In this document: one piece after another, positions 53,218 through 64,000 of the stretch
How the letters are laid out: the number at the start of each line of letters is the position of its first letter
Numbering within the stretch: position 1 is the stretch's first letter
From: Octopus vulgaris
Taxonomy: Eukaryota
DNA: 64,000 bases
NCBI GenBank assembly: GCA_951406725.2
Contig: OX597824.1
Location: forward strand, 94,612,001 to 94,676,000
Direction of reading: 5' to 3'
The notes under the pieces: generated by a model
The model's input: only the letters and a program-made list of their open reading frames with translations
Told to the model about the DNA's origin: nothing
Databases searched by the model: none
Position numbers and translations under genes: made by a program

Positions 53218-53726
53218 CACAAGCCTCTTCTCCTTATCTCCTCAAAGACATACATCATCTCGAAAGAGTCCAGAAGCTGGCTACCCGCATGGTTCTTGGT
53301 CTCAAGCATTTGTCTTATGAAGAAAGGCTGAAGACACTCGACCTTTATTCTCTAGAAAAATGACGACGCCGTGGTGATCTCATTCTTGCTCACAACATCA
53401 TAAGCGGAAAGTGTAACCTCTCGAAAGAGCTGTTCTTCAACTCCTGCTCCAGAGCGTCGGCTGCGGGGTCACTCTGAAAAGCTCTATCTGCGACGATTTC
53501 ATCTCAATCGAAGGAGAGGGGCTTTCTCCGTCCGGGTTGCGGATCCGTGGAATAAGCTGCCGGACGAGATAGTGAAGATGCCGACGACCGCTCGGTTCAA
53601 AGTCTCCCTTGACCAGAAATGGCCTGAACTCTTTGCATGAACACCACCCTGTACATAACTTCATGCCCCCCTACATGGCCTTGCTTTTCGCTTTTTGAGC
53701 CAAAAACTTAACTTAATTTAACTTAA
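53218..53726 (+). mobile_element. CR1-group LINE 3' fragment nested inside a SINE A copy (53090-53982, minus strand)
   Basis: SPYLLKDIHHLERVQKLATRMV.GLKHLSYEERLK.LDLYSLEK*RRRGDLI...LRGHSEKL...FSVRVADPWNKLPDE. Stop at 53638-40. (CTTAA)n tail. Confidence 0.9.
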
Positions 53727-53747
53727 CAAACACAAGCACACAATACA

Positions 53748-53817
<70 letters not shown>

Positions 53818-54515
53818 CGACGGACTTCTTTCAGTTTCCGTCTACCAAATCCACTCACAAGGCTTAGGTCGGCCTGAGGTTGCAGTAGAAGACACGTACC
53901 CAAGGTATCACGCAGAGGGACTGAACCCGGTACCATATGGTTAGTAAGCAAGCTACTTACCACACAGCCACTCCTACGCCTATGATAAAATCATTTTTCA
54001 AATTTAATTAAAATAACATTGAAATGATTAAAATAAAATAAAAAGTGGAAAAAACGAATTTCTCAGACAACGCTATATTTACGCTGCTAACTTATTTATT
54101 TATCTCAGAGAATGATAGACGCGGTAGGAAATCTAGGCTCTAAAAACAAATAATAGAGAAACTGGTTAATATTTTTAATTTTAAGATAAGAGATATTATG
54201 ATAAACATCGTTTCGCAACTCCTTATCTAAATATAACACTAGAAATATAGAAGATTCGTACGACTGTTTCTTGGTGTGATTAAAAGCAGCTGAAAGGAAA
54301 TTAATTATTTCCAGAAATGCAAGACTCGATGAGAATATAATTAAGTTTTCAAATTTGTAAGAAGCCGGAAACAATTATGTGTCTGATGTTCAATGTTGGA
54401 CTGTTTTGTGAAAGAATGTCGGGGACTGGTTGGGTTTTGGCTTCAGAAACGATAAGGTACAAGAAATTCCATATATATATATATATATATATATATATCA
54501 TCAGCATCGTTTATT

Positions 54516-54547
<32 letters not shown>

Positions 54548-54685
54548 TGTATGTATGTATGTATGTATGTATGTACGTGTGTATGTATGTATGGGTCTGC
54601 ATATGTGTGTGTTTGTGTATGTGTCTATATATTATATATGTATGTATATATAGACGCATATATATACACGTATGTATATGTATAC

Positions 54686-54724
<39 letters not shown>

Positions 54725-54767
54725 AATACATATACATACATACACACACACACATATATATATACAC

Positions 54768-54825
<58 letters not shown>

Positions 54826-55472
54826 TAAAAAGTGAAAAAACTACAGAAGGCTTGTTTTAAAAGGTTAAAGAATATATATTTGAGTCAATATGTCTGAAGA
54901 ATATTATAAATTTTTTTCTTACAATGACATAGTTTAGAAGAAATGCCCGGTTTCGCGTTTAGCTTTTCAAATTTCTTACGTCGTTATGTTTACGTTGAGA
55001 AGCGTTATCGTTATGTTTATGTTGAGAAGAGTTCCAAATAAGGGGAGGTAATAAGTGATTTCTTGTATGTATGTATGTATGTATATATGTATGTATGTAT
55101 GATGGTGATGATATATACATAAATATTCAACCACGTGCTTTCACAAACCAACTTTCTCATCTATATATATATATATATATGTATATATACACACATACAA
55201 ATTGAGATAGGGGTTGTAAATGCAACCCTCCATGGGATAACATATATCCAATATACTGCTAGTGAAGTACCCAACAAAGTTAATACATAAATGTTAAGAA
55301 TTGCGATGCAATTAATTCGTTTACTGTATTATATGGGCAAAGGTAAAATGTTTTACCACAAATTCATAATACAAAATAAGAAAATGGAGAAATACATCGA
55401 AATCAAATATCAATTACCAGATAATACTCAATCACATACTTTATTAAACCACCACATAAGAAACTATAAGGT

Positions 55473-55536
<64 letters not shown>

Positions 55537-55865
55537 TAAGTAGAGTTAGCGGTTATAGTAACTGACTAAGGGATAAAAATATCCGTATTTACTATCTGTA
55601 TCGGTTACTCGTGTTATCTCTGGGCAGGAGTATGCAGGCACACGATACTCGTAGAGTACACGTAATAATAGGATAAACAAAAGTTTATCAGGAATCAAAT
55701 TTAAATAATTAGAAAATGGAGAAAACCTTAGATCAAATCAATTGGACAACATCTGCAGCTTATTAATGGCCGTAAGAATTGTTATGTAACATATGTTACG
55801 TCATGTTTTGTATTAAATAATAATAATCAGCTACAGATGTGATCCAATTAACTTGTTGATATAGT

Positions 55866-55960
<95 letters not shown>

Positions 55961-56099
55961 GCATATAGTAAGCGAAGAGGGATTAGATAATCCATGTTTT
56001 TACCTCAGGTAGCACTCACGATCGGCAGCCATCCAAAATTGTATAAAGGAGAATTTCTCTTGTGGAAACATGGATTTCAAGAACACAGAAAATCTGTAA

Positions 56100-56730
56100 T
56101 GTTTCCTTTTGTATTGGAGCATAAATAATAAGTGAAGAATGGAGTACATGATATTGCATTTATTCCATGGTTTACAATTGTTTCAACATCGTACAAGTGA
56201 TCATTAAAGCATCATGTCTATAAACATGAATGATAACGATGATTTCGCCATGCATGTAATGTATATTACATTATAGCGCCTGCAGTATGATGCCCATTGC
56301 ATAATAGTACTCCCAGTCATTTAATCATAACTGGTCAGAGAAATCCAATACATATGACAAACTAGTTGGTCAACTTATGTCCGAAAAACTCCGGAGGAAT
56401 TATTGTTACTTGGTGTATAAATTCTGGAGACAAGTTAGAATCTCCAGAGCAGGCGTGTGACGGATTTGGACTGTTAGAAATTAACTGAAAAGATGGTGAC
56501 TGTCTAACGAAATTTAAGTGTTTGATATAAGAAATTATGTTGTCCATACGTGAATAACTAACCTTAATCTTGTGTGAGTTGAAAATTATATGGTACTTGT
56601 TTGTGAGCTGGAAATGATATCATACTATAGTGCTAGGGAATTCTTGGCTATACTTGTGATGACCTCTGATTTGTACGGTGGATTAAACCAAATATTTTTT
56701 TCTTTTCTCTCTACTCTTTTACATGATGAG
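56100..56730 (-). pseudogene. Penelope-like element remnant: RT-thumb/linker motifs plus downstream hammerhead-like motif and polyA signal
   Basis: Minus strand RKEKNIWFNPPY and SYS.MDNIISYIKHLN (cf. PLE IIWFNPP and SYSCM.N..II..HN). ATGCTT-TAATGA...GAA-ACAATTGT-A-AACCAT followed by AATAAA at 56212-56159. Confidence 0.65.
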
Positions 56731-57827
56731 TGCAGGTTTTTACGTATGTCATCTAAACTTTTTCTGATTCCTCTCTCAGAGCTGTGTGTTTGTGTGCACT
56801 ATATATGAAATTCCATTGGCTGTGATTCTTATGTTTCTGCGAAGAAACGCGTCTTCAGATGGCTGCCACGGCAGAATGAAAACATCAACAATCTTTATTA
56901 TCTTTTGTTCCGCTATGACAACCAACTGAAGATATGTTTATACGCACAAATTCATAAGCCATGGCTGAGGCTATACTCAATTTAATTAACTCTACTCTGT
57001 GTATTTAGCACTCTTTCCGCTCTTTGTTAACACTAATATATATGTGTATACATACATACATACACACATACACACAAACATACATACACATATGGGTGAG
57101 TCTGCATATAAGTATGGGTGCCCTTAGCTAAAGCAATGTGTGTGTGTGTTTATGTATGTGTGCGTATTTATGTATGTGTGTAGGTACGTATATGTATATA
57201 TATTCATACCTATTTCGAGTAATAAACGTTATTGTCAACAAATTTTCACTTATACACATGCATATACACACACTCACACATGCACACACACACACACACA
57301 TACACACACACACATAAACAAATTTTTGCATGCGCATATGCACACACACGTGCGCTCGTAAGCCAACTGTTGTTGGCATAAGTGTTCGTTACTCAGATGT
57401 TCGTAGTTACGTAAAATACGTGTCAAGTCATTCAGATGTTCGCCACAAGTGTTTCAGCCCCATGTAGCTCAAAAGATGGCTTTTTATTGATTGTTGGTAG
57501 GCTTTGTCCCCGTTTATTCAAACAGGTCATGTGATAGAAACTGTAGCAAGCTACTATTGCGGAGCACTAATATCGAACTTAGTAATATCAGCATAAAAGA
57601 GCGGTTCACAAACTGCAGAAAAAGTAATTTTATTGATCTCGTTTGGCGAACCGCTAAGTTATTTTCCCAATCTTCTTTGGCGAACCGTTAAGTTATTTTA
57701 TCGATATCATACATACATACATTCATACATTCATTCATACATACATACATACATGTATGTATGTGTGTGTGTATATATACACACATATATATATACATAT
57801 ATATATGTGTGTATGTGTGTATACATG

Positions 57828-57871
<44 letters not shown>

Positions 57872-58885
57872 TATACACGCACGCGTGTATGTGGTATGGT
57901 TGTGTGCATGTGTGTGCTTGCGTGCGTGCGTGCTCATGTGCACGAATGTGTGTAAATATACACGCCACTGTGTTTCAAAGTATCCGGGGGTTTTTTCTCC
58001 ATCTTGCCCCCCCACCACCACCACCACCACCATCACCACCACCACCTCTACCTGTGTCACACCTGAGCCTCACGCATGAGTCTACCAACCAACGTTAATT
58101 AGAAAATAAATTACTTTCCCTTACTCTTAACTAAAGAAAAACAAAAAGCCGAGCAGGAGGGGGGGGGAGAAGGAGAAGCTTAATTCTCTTATTCATATTT
58201 TCTTGCTTTCTTTTATTTTATTATTATTATTATTTTATCGTATTTTTCTTCTTTTCCATACATTTTCCATACAATTATAATTGTTATATCCTTTTCTCCC
58301 ACCGCAGCCCCAAAACCCGTGCCCTCCTCCCCTCTTTACCCTAGAATCAGTTGAGAGAGAAATGGAAGGAAGTTAGTCCACCTTCTACCTAAATCATTAA
58401 GTTTTCATTATCTTTTCCCTTATCTTCTTCGTTCTTTCCTTCTACTTCTTTTTCATTTGCTTATCTTGTCTTCCTTGTTCTTCTTCCTCCTCTTCTTTCT
58501 TATTCTCCGTCTTTAATTTTCCCCCTCTTCTTCTCTTTCAACCCGTTCTACCTCTCCTTCCTTCTCTCCTGCGCGTCCAACTCCTCCTTCTATTCGTCCA
58601 CTTCCTCCTCCTCATACTCGACCTCCTCCTCTGACTACTACTACTCCTACTGCTCGTCTGCCTCCTCCTACTCCCCTCTCCGTTCCCCTTATCATCCTTT
58701 TCGCATCTTCCTATCTAAGTGGATGTTTAGAAAGCATCAAAGTGTGAAGAAACCATGTCGCAAGCTAACTTCGGCTCCCATTATGTTTTTCTTAACTGCA
58801 GACAAGATAAAAATGTTTTTCGATTAATTAACCAACTTTTACTCTGCAACAGCCAGTACACCGACCTGCTGTGCGTCCCCACCCC

Positions 58886-58887
<2 letters not shown>

Positions 58888-58925
<38 letters not shown>

Positions 58926-59385
58926 CTATCTATCTATCTATCTCTCTATCTATCTATCCATCTGTCTCCCTTCATCTCTCTTTCTCTCTCCCTCACTCTC
59001 TGTCTTACTCTCCCTCTCTATCCCTCCATCTCCCTCTCTCTCTTATTCTTTCTCCCTCTATCCCTCCCCTCTCTCTCTCTCTTTCTCTCCCTTTATCCTG
59101 ACCTCTCTCTCTTACTCCCTCTCCCTCTCTTTCATTCTCTCCCTCCCTCTCTCTTTCTCTCTCCCTATAGTATTTCCTCTCTCCCCTCTCTCTTTCTCTC
59201 TCTCTCCCTTTATCCTGCACTCTCTCTCTTACTCCCTCTCCCTTTCTCATTCTCTCCCTCACTCTCTCTATCCCTCTCTTCCCCTCTCTTACGCTCCCTC
59301 CCTCTTTCTCTCTCCTTATATCCTTTCCTCTCTCTCCCGCTCTCTCGCTCTTACTCTCCCTCTATCCTCTTTCTCTCTCTCATCT
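58888..59385. repeat. CT-rich polypyrimidine tract
   Basis: Direct inspection. Confidence 0.9.
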
Positions 59386-59659
59386 GTTTTTGAGTGTTAA
59401 CTGTTCTTTCTGAACCATCCAGCCCTTCTGTCTCATATCTCCTTAAAACCCTGACGCACCTGTCCTCTCATTACTTCACCTGTTTATCACAATACAGTAA
59501 ACTCCCTCCTATCCGGCACCACGAGGACCGGACGGTTGCCGGATAACTGAAGTTTTCCAGATAATTCATAATCACTTTCTAAATCATCATAGCACCTTAC
59601 GAAACTCATTAAAACTCTGTATTTCATAACATCAACAAAGCCATCAGATGCTGTTACAC

Positions 59660-59948
59660 ACCGCTGGTCACAATGCACTTCCGTTTCTGTTTTGATTGCA
59701 CCAATGTTTTCCATCTTGACACAAACTGCTTAACTAAATTGCTTTCCTATTGTCGTGGATGTCTTCCGAATGGCCTTTTTCGATGTCTTGGATTCCACTT
59801 GGCAACTGCACGGATCCACCTGTTGTCTGTGAATTTTGCGACTTGACTGGCCTAGCGGAAGTTGTGTCTCCGGTGGTCTGCCATCACATCGTTCACTCCA
59901 TTCCGTTCACGAATCATTTTATTTCGAATGTCCTGAGTGTTTCATCTT
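59660..59948 (-). pseudogene. RTE-clade LINE C-terminal remnant
   Basis: Manual translation IRNKMIRERNGVNDVM...FR*ASQVAKFTDNRWIRAVAKWNPRHRKRPFGRHPRQ* matches the RTE pattern RWAGHVAR..DNRW......W.PR..KR..GRP..RW. Confidence 0.75.
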
Positions 59949-59968
59949 AGAAGCCGAAACAAAACTCT

Positions 59969-60086
59969 GGATACGGCCATATCACGTTGAAAGCACCAGT
60001 TCTCGTCCGATCACCAAAGTTAAGCAATGTCGAGCCTGGTAGTACCTAGATGGGTGACTGCTTGGGAAACCTAGGTGCTGTAAGCG
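59969..60086 (+). pseudogene. Dispersed 5S rRNA pseudogene
   Basis: TACGGCCATATCACGTTGAAAGCACCAGTTCTCGTCCGATCACCAAAGTTAAGCAA...TAGTACCTAGATGGGTGACTGCTTGGGAA...GGTGCTGTAAGC is full-length 5S with CpG-type substitutions. Single copy, not in an array. Confidence 0.88.
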
Positions 60087-60099
60087 TCACACATTTTGT

Positions 60100-60562
<463 letters not shown>

Positions 60563-60585
60563 ACACATCAGTATTATTTTAGCTA

Positions 60586-60832
60586 TCTATATAAATAAAA
60601 GCGAAATTCTGTCTGTCCGTCCGGAACCCCGGTATCTCAGTCTACATTTGCTCTACATAGACATATTATACATTTTTGTAATCAGGATGTTCCCGGGATT
60701 AACAATCTACTCTTCATTTGGTTCTAGAAATATCTAGAATGGGGATCTGATTTAAAAGCATTGCTATTTCTAGCAGGTAAAGCGACCATGAAGCACTGTT
60801 TCAATGGTATAGCACAAAAGTTATCTCCCTTA
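60586..60832 (+). mobile_element. Helitron-like 5' fragment
   Basis: A|TCTATATAAATAAAAGCGAAATTCTGTCTGTCCGTCC start. No 3' end seen. Confidence 0.45.
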
Positions 60833-61094
60833 GCTTTAAGTTTTAGTAAGGAATTTAGTGGTTCTTTTATCTTTTCCAGTCATCAGATTGTGGCCATGCT
60901 GGAGCACCGCTCTGAAGAACTTTAATCGAACGAATCTACACCAGTTCTTTCTTTTTTGTGCCCAGTACTTTTTTATTGGTCTCTTTCACCAAACCGCTAA
61001 GTTACGTGAACGTAAATGCACCAACACCAGTTATCAAGTGGTGGTAGGGGACAAATACACACAAAACCACAATATATATTATATATAAAATATA

Positions 61095-61320
61095 CTCTCT
61101 CTTTACTCCTTTACTTGTTTCAGTCATGTGACTGTGGCCATGCTGGAGCACCGCCTTTAGTCGAGCAAATCGACCCCAGGGCTTATTCTTTGTAAGCCTA
61201 GTACTTATTCTATCAGACTCTTTTGCCGAATCGCTAAGTTACGGGGATGTAAACACACCAGCATTGGTTTTCAAGCGATAGTGGGGGGACAAACACAGAC
61301 ACACAAACATATATATTTAC
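61095..61320 (-). mobile_element. SINE family A, tail half
   Basis: Matches the family. A more degenerate copy lies at 60862-61060. Confidence 0.85.
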
Positions 61321-61327
61321 ATATATA

Positions 61328-61468
61328 GCGTTAGAAAGGGCATCCAGCTGTAAAAACACTGCCAGATCAGACTGGAGCCTAGTGCAACCTCCTGGCTTCC
61401 CAGACCCCGGTCGAATCGTCCAACCCATGCTAGCATGGAAAACGGACGTTAAATGATGATGATGATGA
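61328..61468 (+). mobile_element. 3' part of an RTE-related SINE with (GAT)n tail
   Basis: GCGTTAGAAAGGGCATCCAGCTGTAAAAAC...CCAACCCATGCTAGCATGGAAAACGGACGTTAAA(TGA)n. Confidence 0.65.
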
Positions 61469-62164
61469 TACACATACGGCAACAGTAAAGTAGCTCAGTC
61501 GTCAGATCGTTGGACTGAACGTTTCGCAAATCTTTTTCTACCTGTTGTTCGTCTGATTTTGTTCAAATTTTCTTCGCAGATGGAGTTTTTGCATATTATT
61601 TTCGAAAATCACATTAATTTTTATTTTTTACAGAAACTGATAACGAAAATTTACAAAAACTTAAAGTTTTAAATTTTTACTAATTTTAGCCAATCAGAAT
61701 TATCTATTATCGACATCTGTTGGCTGTTACCTGCTCAATCCCTGATGATTTTACTCAACACATAGCTACCCCTTTTCGCTTCCTATCACGATAAACAGAT
61801 ATGGGCGGATTAGCTACATCCACCCGTCATTTAGAACCGCTATTATCAAACTGGGCGGTTTTATGAAACCTGGATGGGTGGATATGATCTGCCTATCGTT
61901 TTATAACTAGAAACGTTTATCAATTGGGCGGGGTTTTAAAGAAACCTGAAACAAAGGACTAGCACTGTATTATCAGGTGAATGGATTTAAAGACAGCTGG
62001 GGTCGGAAGTATATCTATCGTTTCAAGAATAGGGTTGTTATCAATTTAGATATTTTCACCAGCGACTATAATCCTCAGTGTTGTTGATATGTATCGGCCG
62101 ACATGATTTATAAATCAACAGAAAAGCTAATTATCACAGGCTGTATGTGTCAGCTTTCTTGATA

Positions 62165-62219
<55 letters not shown>

Positions 62220-62294
62220 ATGCACGCCCACATACAGGCAGGTATGTGCAAACATACATAAAGCAGGGCCACTGACAGGAATTTTATCATACTT

Positions 62295-62698
62295 TCTTTA
62301 CTCTTTTACTTGTTTCAGTCATTTGACTGCGGCCATGCTGGAGCACCACCTTTAGTTGAGCAACTCGACCCCGGGACTTATTCTTTGTAAGCCCAGTACT
62401 TATTCTATCGGTCTCTTTTGCCGAACTGCTAAGTGACGGGGACATAAACACACCAGCATCGGTTGTCAAGCAATGCTAGGGGGACAAACACAGACACACA
62501 AGCACACACACACACATATATATATACATATATACGACAGGCTTCTTTCAGTTTCCGTCTACCAAATCCACTCACAAGGCATTGGTCGGCCCGGGGCTAT
62601 AGTAGAAGACACTTGCCCAAGATGCCACGGCGTGGGACTGAACCCGGAACCATGTGGTTGGTAAGCAAGCTACTTACCACACAGCCACTCCTGCGCCT
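62295..62698 (-). mobile_element. SINE family A, young subfamily
   Basis: Complete copy. Confidence 0.92.
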
Positions 62699-62841
62699 GG
62701 AGTTCATAGTTCCATTTGGGAGCCCATTTCCCAAAATGTGAATGTTAGTTTTCAATAGCTGCAAAAATTTTCTGAGATCCCAGGAAATTTCCAAATCCAG
62801 GTTCAACACTGTTCCTGCAAACACTTTTATATGCCTTCACA

Positions 62842-63153
62842 GGAGCACTCCGTCGGTTGCGACGACGAGGGTGTCAGCTGATACGATAAACGGAACAGCT
62901 TGCTCGTGAAATTAACGTGCAAGTGGCTGAGCCCTCCACAGACACGTGCACCCTTAATGTAGTTCTCAGGGAGATTCAGTGTGACCCAGAGTGTGACAAG
63001 GCTGGCCCCTTTGAAATACAGGTACAACTCATTTTTGCCAGCTGAGTGGAGTGGAGCAACGTGAAATAAAGTGTCTTGCTAAGGACACAACGCACTACCA
63101 GGAATCGAACACACAACCCTACGATCGTGAGCCGAATGCCCCTAACCACTAAG

Positions 63154-63156
<3 letters not shown>
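62842..63156 (-). mobile_element. SINE family C, tail type 2
   Basis: Head GGCTTAGTGGTTAGGGGCATTCGGCTCACGATC..GTTCGATTCC and CORE-like domain. Tail differs from the 24051 copy. Confidence 0.85.
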
Positions 63157-63187
<31 letters not shown>

Positions 63188-63269
63188 TGTATATGAAAAT
63201 ATGTGCATAAGCGCACAGAATAATACCTGTGTCAGCGCGCGCGCGTGTATCTGTGCAGAATGCAATAGA

Positions 63270-63505
63270 CAGTGAATCCCTCGCCGTATCGCGGTTCACC
63301 TATCGCGGTTTATTGTTTAGGATTACGTCGATTCCTCTGTGGTGTTGCTTTACATGTATAATGAAATAAATATATACGAATTATAGAAATAATTTTTTTT
63401 AAATATATACAGTACAGTACTGTTTCTACTTTGCGGATTTTCACCTAACGCAGTTGGGGTAGGGGTTTTATGAACGTAACACCCGCGATTGTCGAGGGGT
63501 TACTG
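63270..63505. mobile_element. Tigger/pogo-like MITE, complete
   Basis: TIRs CAGTGAATCCCTCG / CGAGGGGTTACTG followed by TA. Confidence 0.78.
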
Positions 63506-63532
63506 TATATATGTGTGTATGCGTAGATACAC

Positions 63533-63943
<411 letters not shown>

Positions 63944-64000
63944 TGCAATTAGAACAAATCTAATACTTTTTTCCGTTTCTTCACTTATTAATAAAAATAA

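Noticed and set aside
57440-57480. Hammerhead-like GAAACAC..GT on the minus strand (also about 49340-49395)
   Set aside because: Core too degenerate and no UH site or convincing stem I.

Overview
Repeat-saturated, AT-rich animal genomic DNA, intronic or intergenic in character. The SINE families and microsatellite load look like octopus (coleoid cephalopod) DNA; this is my recognition, not a database result. No host protein-coding gene is securely identified. Almost all listed ORFs are translations of microsatellites or SINEs. The window holds about 30 copies or fragments of a tRNA-headed CORE-like SINE with an internal microsatellite (family A), Nin/Deu-domain SINEs (family B) and tRNA-Arg/CORE SINEs (family C). 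It also has CR1-group and RTE LINE fragments, three Penelope-like (PLE) coding remnants, non-autonomous Helitrons, a deleted mariner, several MITEs and a dispersed 5S rRNA pseudogene. The most interesting signal is a set of short non-coding elements lodged in (TA)n/(TG)n tracts that carry hammerhead-ribozyme motifs. One has a fully canonical core (9349-9453), one family shares a variant core, and others are single-copy variants or degenerate. They lie among PLE GIY-YIG remnants, consistent with a ribozyme-bearing, microsatellite-associated PLE or retrozyme-like system. A likely LINE-SINE partnership with a conserved 3' stem-loop is also visible.
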